Positions 61,276 through 64,000 of a DNA stretch of 64,000 nt are shown here, in pieces (the stretch's first letter is position 1; the number at the start of each line of letters is the position of its first letter). The position numbers and the translations under genes are program-made. The DNA lies in assembly GCF_018977255.1 (NCBI RefSeq), contig NW_024704743.1:55430001-55494000 (forward strand). Direction: 5' to 3'. The notes below the pieces were generated by a model. That model saw only the letters and a list, made by a program, of their open reading frames with translations. It ran no database searches and was not told where the DNA came from. The DNA comes from Callorhinchus milii. Its lineage: Eukaryota.

Positions 61276-63449
61276 CAGTTAAAAGGGCAAAATTCAAATA
61301 GTGCGTCCATACCACATAGCTCCTTAAAATACCCGAGGATCAATTACCAGTACTGTGCAAAATATTAACTTTGGTATGTTCTGTGACAACCATTATTAAT
61401 AAATTATATTGCCACCAACTAATCCAAATACAGCATTACAGTCGCAATTGGGCACTTACCCTTAAATTAAAAAACGTTCAGCAGCAATTTAATAAAATCT
61501 CCACAGCAACCACCCAATTAGCTTTTACGATGTATCAATATTTATTAAACTATGATATTATACAAATTTTCATGTCCATCTACACACCAAGGAAACCCAT
61601 TTCATTACAAAATCTAAGCATGTCAATCAGACATTACTCAGTTGTCATCTCGTGAGCCATCCCCACATGTCTGGGTTGGAGATTTTGGAATCGAATGTCA
61701 TTAAATCAAATACTAATCCTTGGTCTAAAACAATCTGAGCAATCCTGCATAGTTGTGTGTGTTTAAAATACGAACACTGCCAGACTGATAACATTTAAAA
61801 ATAGCAATCGGGAATTGTGAAGCAACTCATGATATAGATTAAATGGACCAATGATTTCAATAATTCACTGCAGAATTTTTCACTACTTAACAGTGGAGTT
61901 TGAGGAAACCCTCGCTGACAATGGGTAACACCAGCCAGATGTAATGCATGATACATTACCATATAAAAAGAGAACAGGTAGGGTGGTGGACTAAGCAGAT
62001 ACTTTATGAAGAGCTCACTCAACCGTGATGGGCCATGCCCACAATATTCTTTTGTGCTGAAAAATTAGATCATATTCTACAATTATGCACTGCCGACAAA
62101 CTAATACAAAATATTCACTTCAAATATTCTCTCATTTTGTATTGAAACACATATACAGTAACTTCTGATAACTCATCACTCCAAAGGAAAGAGGCTCATT
62201 GATGAGTTAGGCATATACATTACGTATGTATATATGTCAATAAATAAATGTGGCCAGGAATATTAACAGCGTGATGACTTAAGTGGTAGTAACAAGTTGA
62301 GTCAGGATCAAGTTATGAGGAATTTATATATAAAATCTTTGCACTTGATATTGCACCTTATCATGCTGAAACATTTGAAAGCGCTTCAGTTTTCTCTGGA
62401 CTGTATAACGATTATTTATAGGTTCACGCTGCAGCCAATTTGCAGACAGCAATGTCCCACAAACACCTGTGAAGTGAATTACTATTTTTTAAAATCTGGA
62501 ATACGCTAGCTAGGAAACCACGAGATACTCCCTTCTTTTAAAATAGCACCACATGATCTTTGGCATCCCCGGAACAGTAAGACAAGATCTCGGTTTAACT
62601 TCTCATCTGAAAGAGACATCTGGCAATGCAGTGTTCCCTTAGCCATACATGAAAGTATCAGCCAAGACAATGAGCTCACGATGTGGGGTTTGAATCCACA
62701 AACTTCCCGACTCAGATGAAAGTGTTCAATAATAATAATTCTTGCATTTGATATAGCACTTCTCACATCTTCGAGTCGCCTCAAAGCGCTTCGCAGAATA
62801 TACTGTAAAGTGAATTGACTGTATATTTTTGGGTGAAATTTTATTATTGTAAAATAATTATCTAAAACCAGGAAACAGTAGAATAATCCCCATTGCATTT
62901 TTACACACAAGTCAAAGAGAGGTCACAGCTGCATGCATACTGAGTAACATAACTACAAGATTAATCAACTAATTCAGCCAATTATCATATTATGCAATTT
63001 ATTTTCACCCTGACATTTGAATACATTGATTTGAATTTACTTTTAGGAAACATTTCTTCAAAACTAATATACTGCAATGTTGGTGGCTACGTAAACTATA
63101 CTGTGACTCATTGTAAAATGTGCAGTAAACATCTTGCAGCAAACACAGGAAACTAATCACAGCGACAATGTAAAACAGGATTAATAGTAGTTAAATCATA
63201 CTCAGCGAGACATCCTGCAGGCTGAAAGGATTTACAAAGGTCATGTCTTGCAATTACCACTTAGTAATCTGGGACGCATGCTCAACAAATTGTAAGGAAT
63301 GACACATGAATCCAGGTTATCCAGTGTTAATTGGTCACAATATTCTATTTCACCTTCAAGATAAATGCACCTTTTTACTACAAGTTACATATATTCAGCA
63401 CGATTCACATTAAGCAATATCTCAATACACTGCACTGAGATAGTGCTCA

Positions 63450-63745
63450 ACACTGTGAAGGGGGGGGGCGTGAAAGAGGATTGACAAAGAAGATGACCAT
63501 AGACATGGTCAAAAGATAGATTTTCTGGAGGCTTTTAAATGATCCTTCAGGGAGGTGGAGGGGTTTTGGGAGATCTAGAGAGCAGGGGCTAAAGGCTATG
63601 GATAAAGGCTCAGCCATCAACAGTAGGGAAAGAAAGCGCTTCAGGCTCAGTATGACCAAGCAGAGAGGACGGGCAAGAAAGTAAGGCTGCGGATAGTCCC
63701 AGAGGTAGGGTGGGGAGACCGTGTGGACGGATCTTAAACTCGACT
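63450..63745 (-). mobile_element. Old L2 3' fragment
   Basis: Degenerate similarity to the L2 C-terminus (SFKSLQKIYL; PPYL). Confidence 0.55.
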
Positions 63746-64000
63746 CTAGTGACAAATTCTTGGTAAGTATGGTACTATTCAAATTAACATTTTTAGTATT
63801 TTAAACATTCCTTAAAAAAAATTGGTCACTTCAATCCACGACTGTTTATGGGACACTGCTGTACACAATTGGCTGCCGAGACATCTCAAAGACGTGATAA
63901 GGTGCTGTATCAAATGCAAGGATTATTATTATAACTACATTCAGGAAATATATGCCTATAGTCTTAATCTGGGTTTTTTCACAAAATGCATCTCTCAATA

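Noticed and set aside
45558..64000. BZW2 non-coding exon 1 / promoter, and ANKMY2 exons expected head-to-head
   Set aside because: No CpG island or recognisable exon was found; probably beyond the window end.
1..64000. Prokaryotic systems (CRISPR arrays, operons, defence islands)
   Set aside because: The sequence is spliced vertebrate DNA; recurrent short ORFs such as ...RREKRYIKCKDYYY are translations of SINE tails, not genes or regularly spaced repeats.

Overview
Eukaryotic (vertebrate) genomic DNA, repeat-rich. By its repeat content it is most likely a cartilaginous fish, plausibly a chimaera (inference). Two genes lie on the minus strand in the order known from other vertebrates. BZW2 (eIF5-mimic protein 1 / 5MP1) has a complete CDS: 11 coding exons from 45550 to 26259, 1263 nt, 420 aa, all GT-AG introns; its non-coding exon 1 was not located. 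Downstream is the first coding exon of TSPAN13 (6026-5964), whose upstream region abuts a 1.45-kb (GT)-type compound microsatellite. The rest is introns and intergenic DNA filled with L2-clade LINEs, a tRNA-Ala-headed SINE that shares the L2 3' stem-loop tail, older DeuSINE-like and LF-SINE-like copies, CR1 fragments, a probable solo LTR and an unclassified repeat family. The most notable observations are: (1) two independently inserted, near-full-length L2 copies carry the same set of frameshifts, suggesting a trans-mobilised non-autonomous L2 lineage; (2) the SINE and LINE share a 3' hairpin with compensatory changes and insert at targets matching their own tail repeats; (3) a CpG-rich CRE/Sp1/TATA-like module is joined by a T18 run to one L2 5' end; (4) a perfect 30-bp inverted repeat spans 1.1 kb; (5) an L2+LTR composite is bounded by a 5-bp direct repeat. 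Almost all long ORFs in the supplied track are retroelement or microsatellite artefacts.
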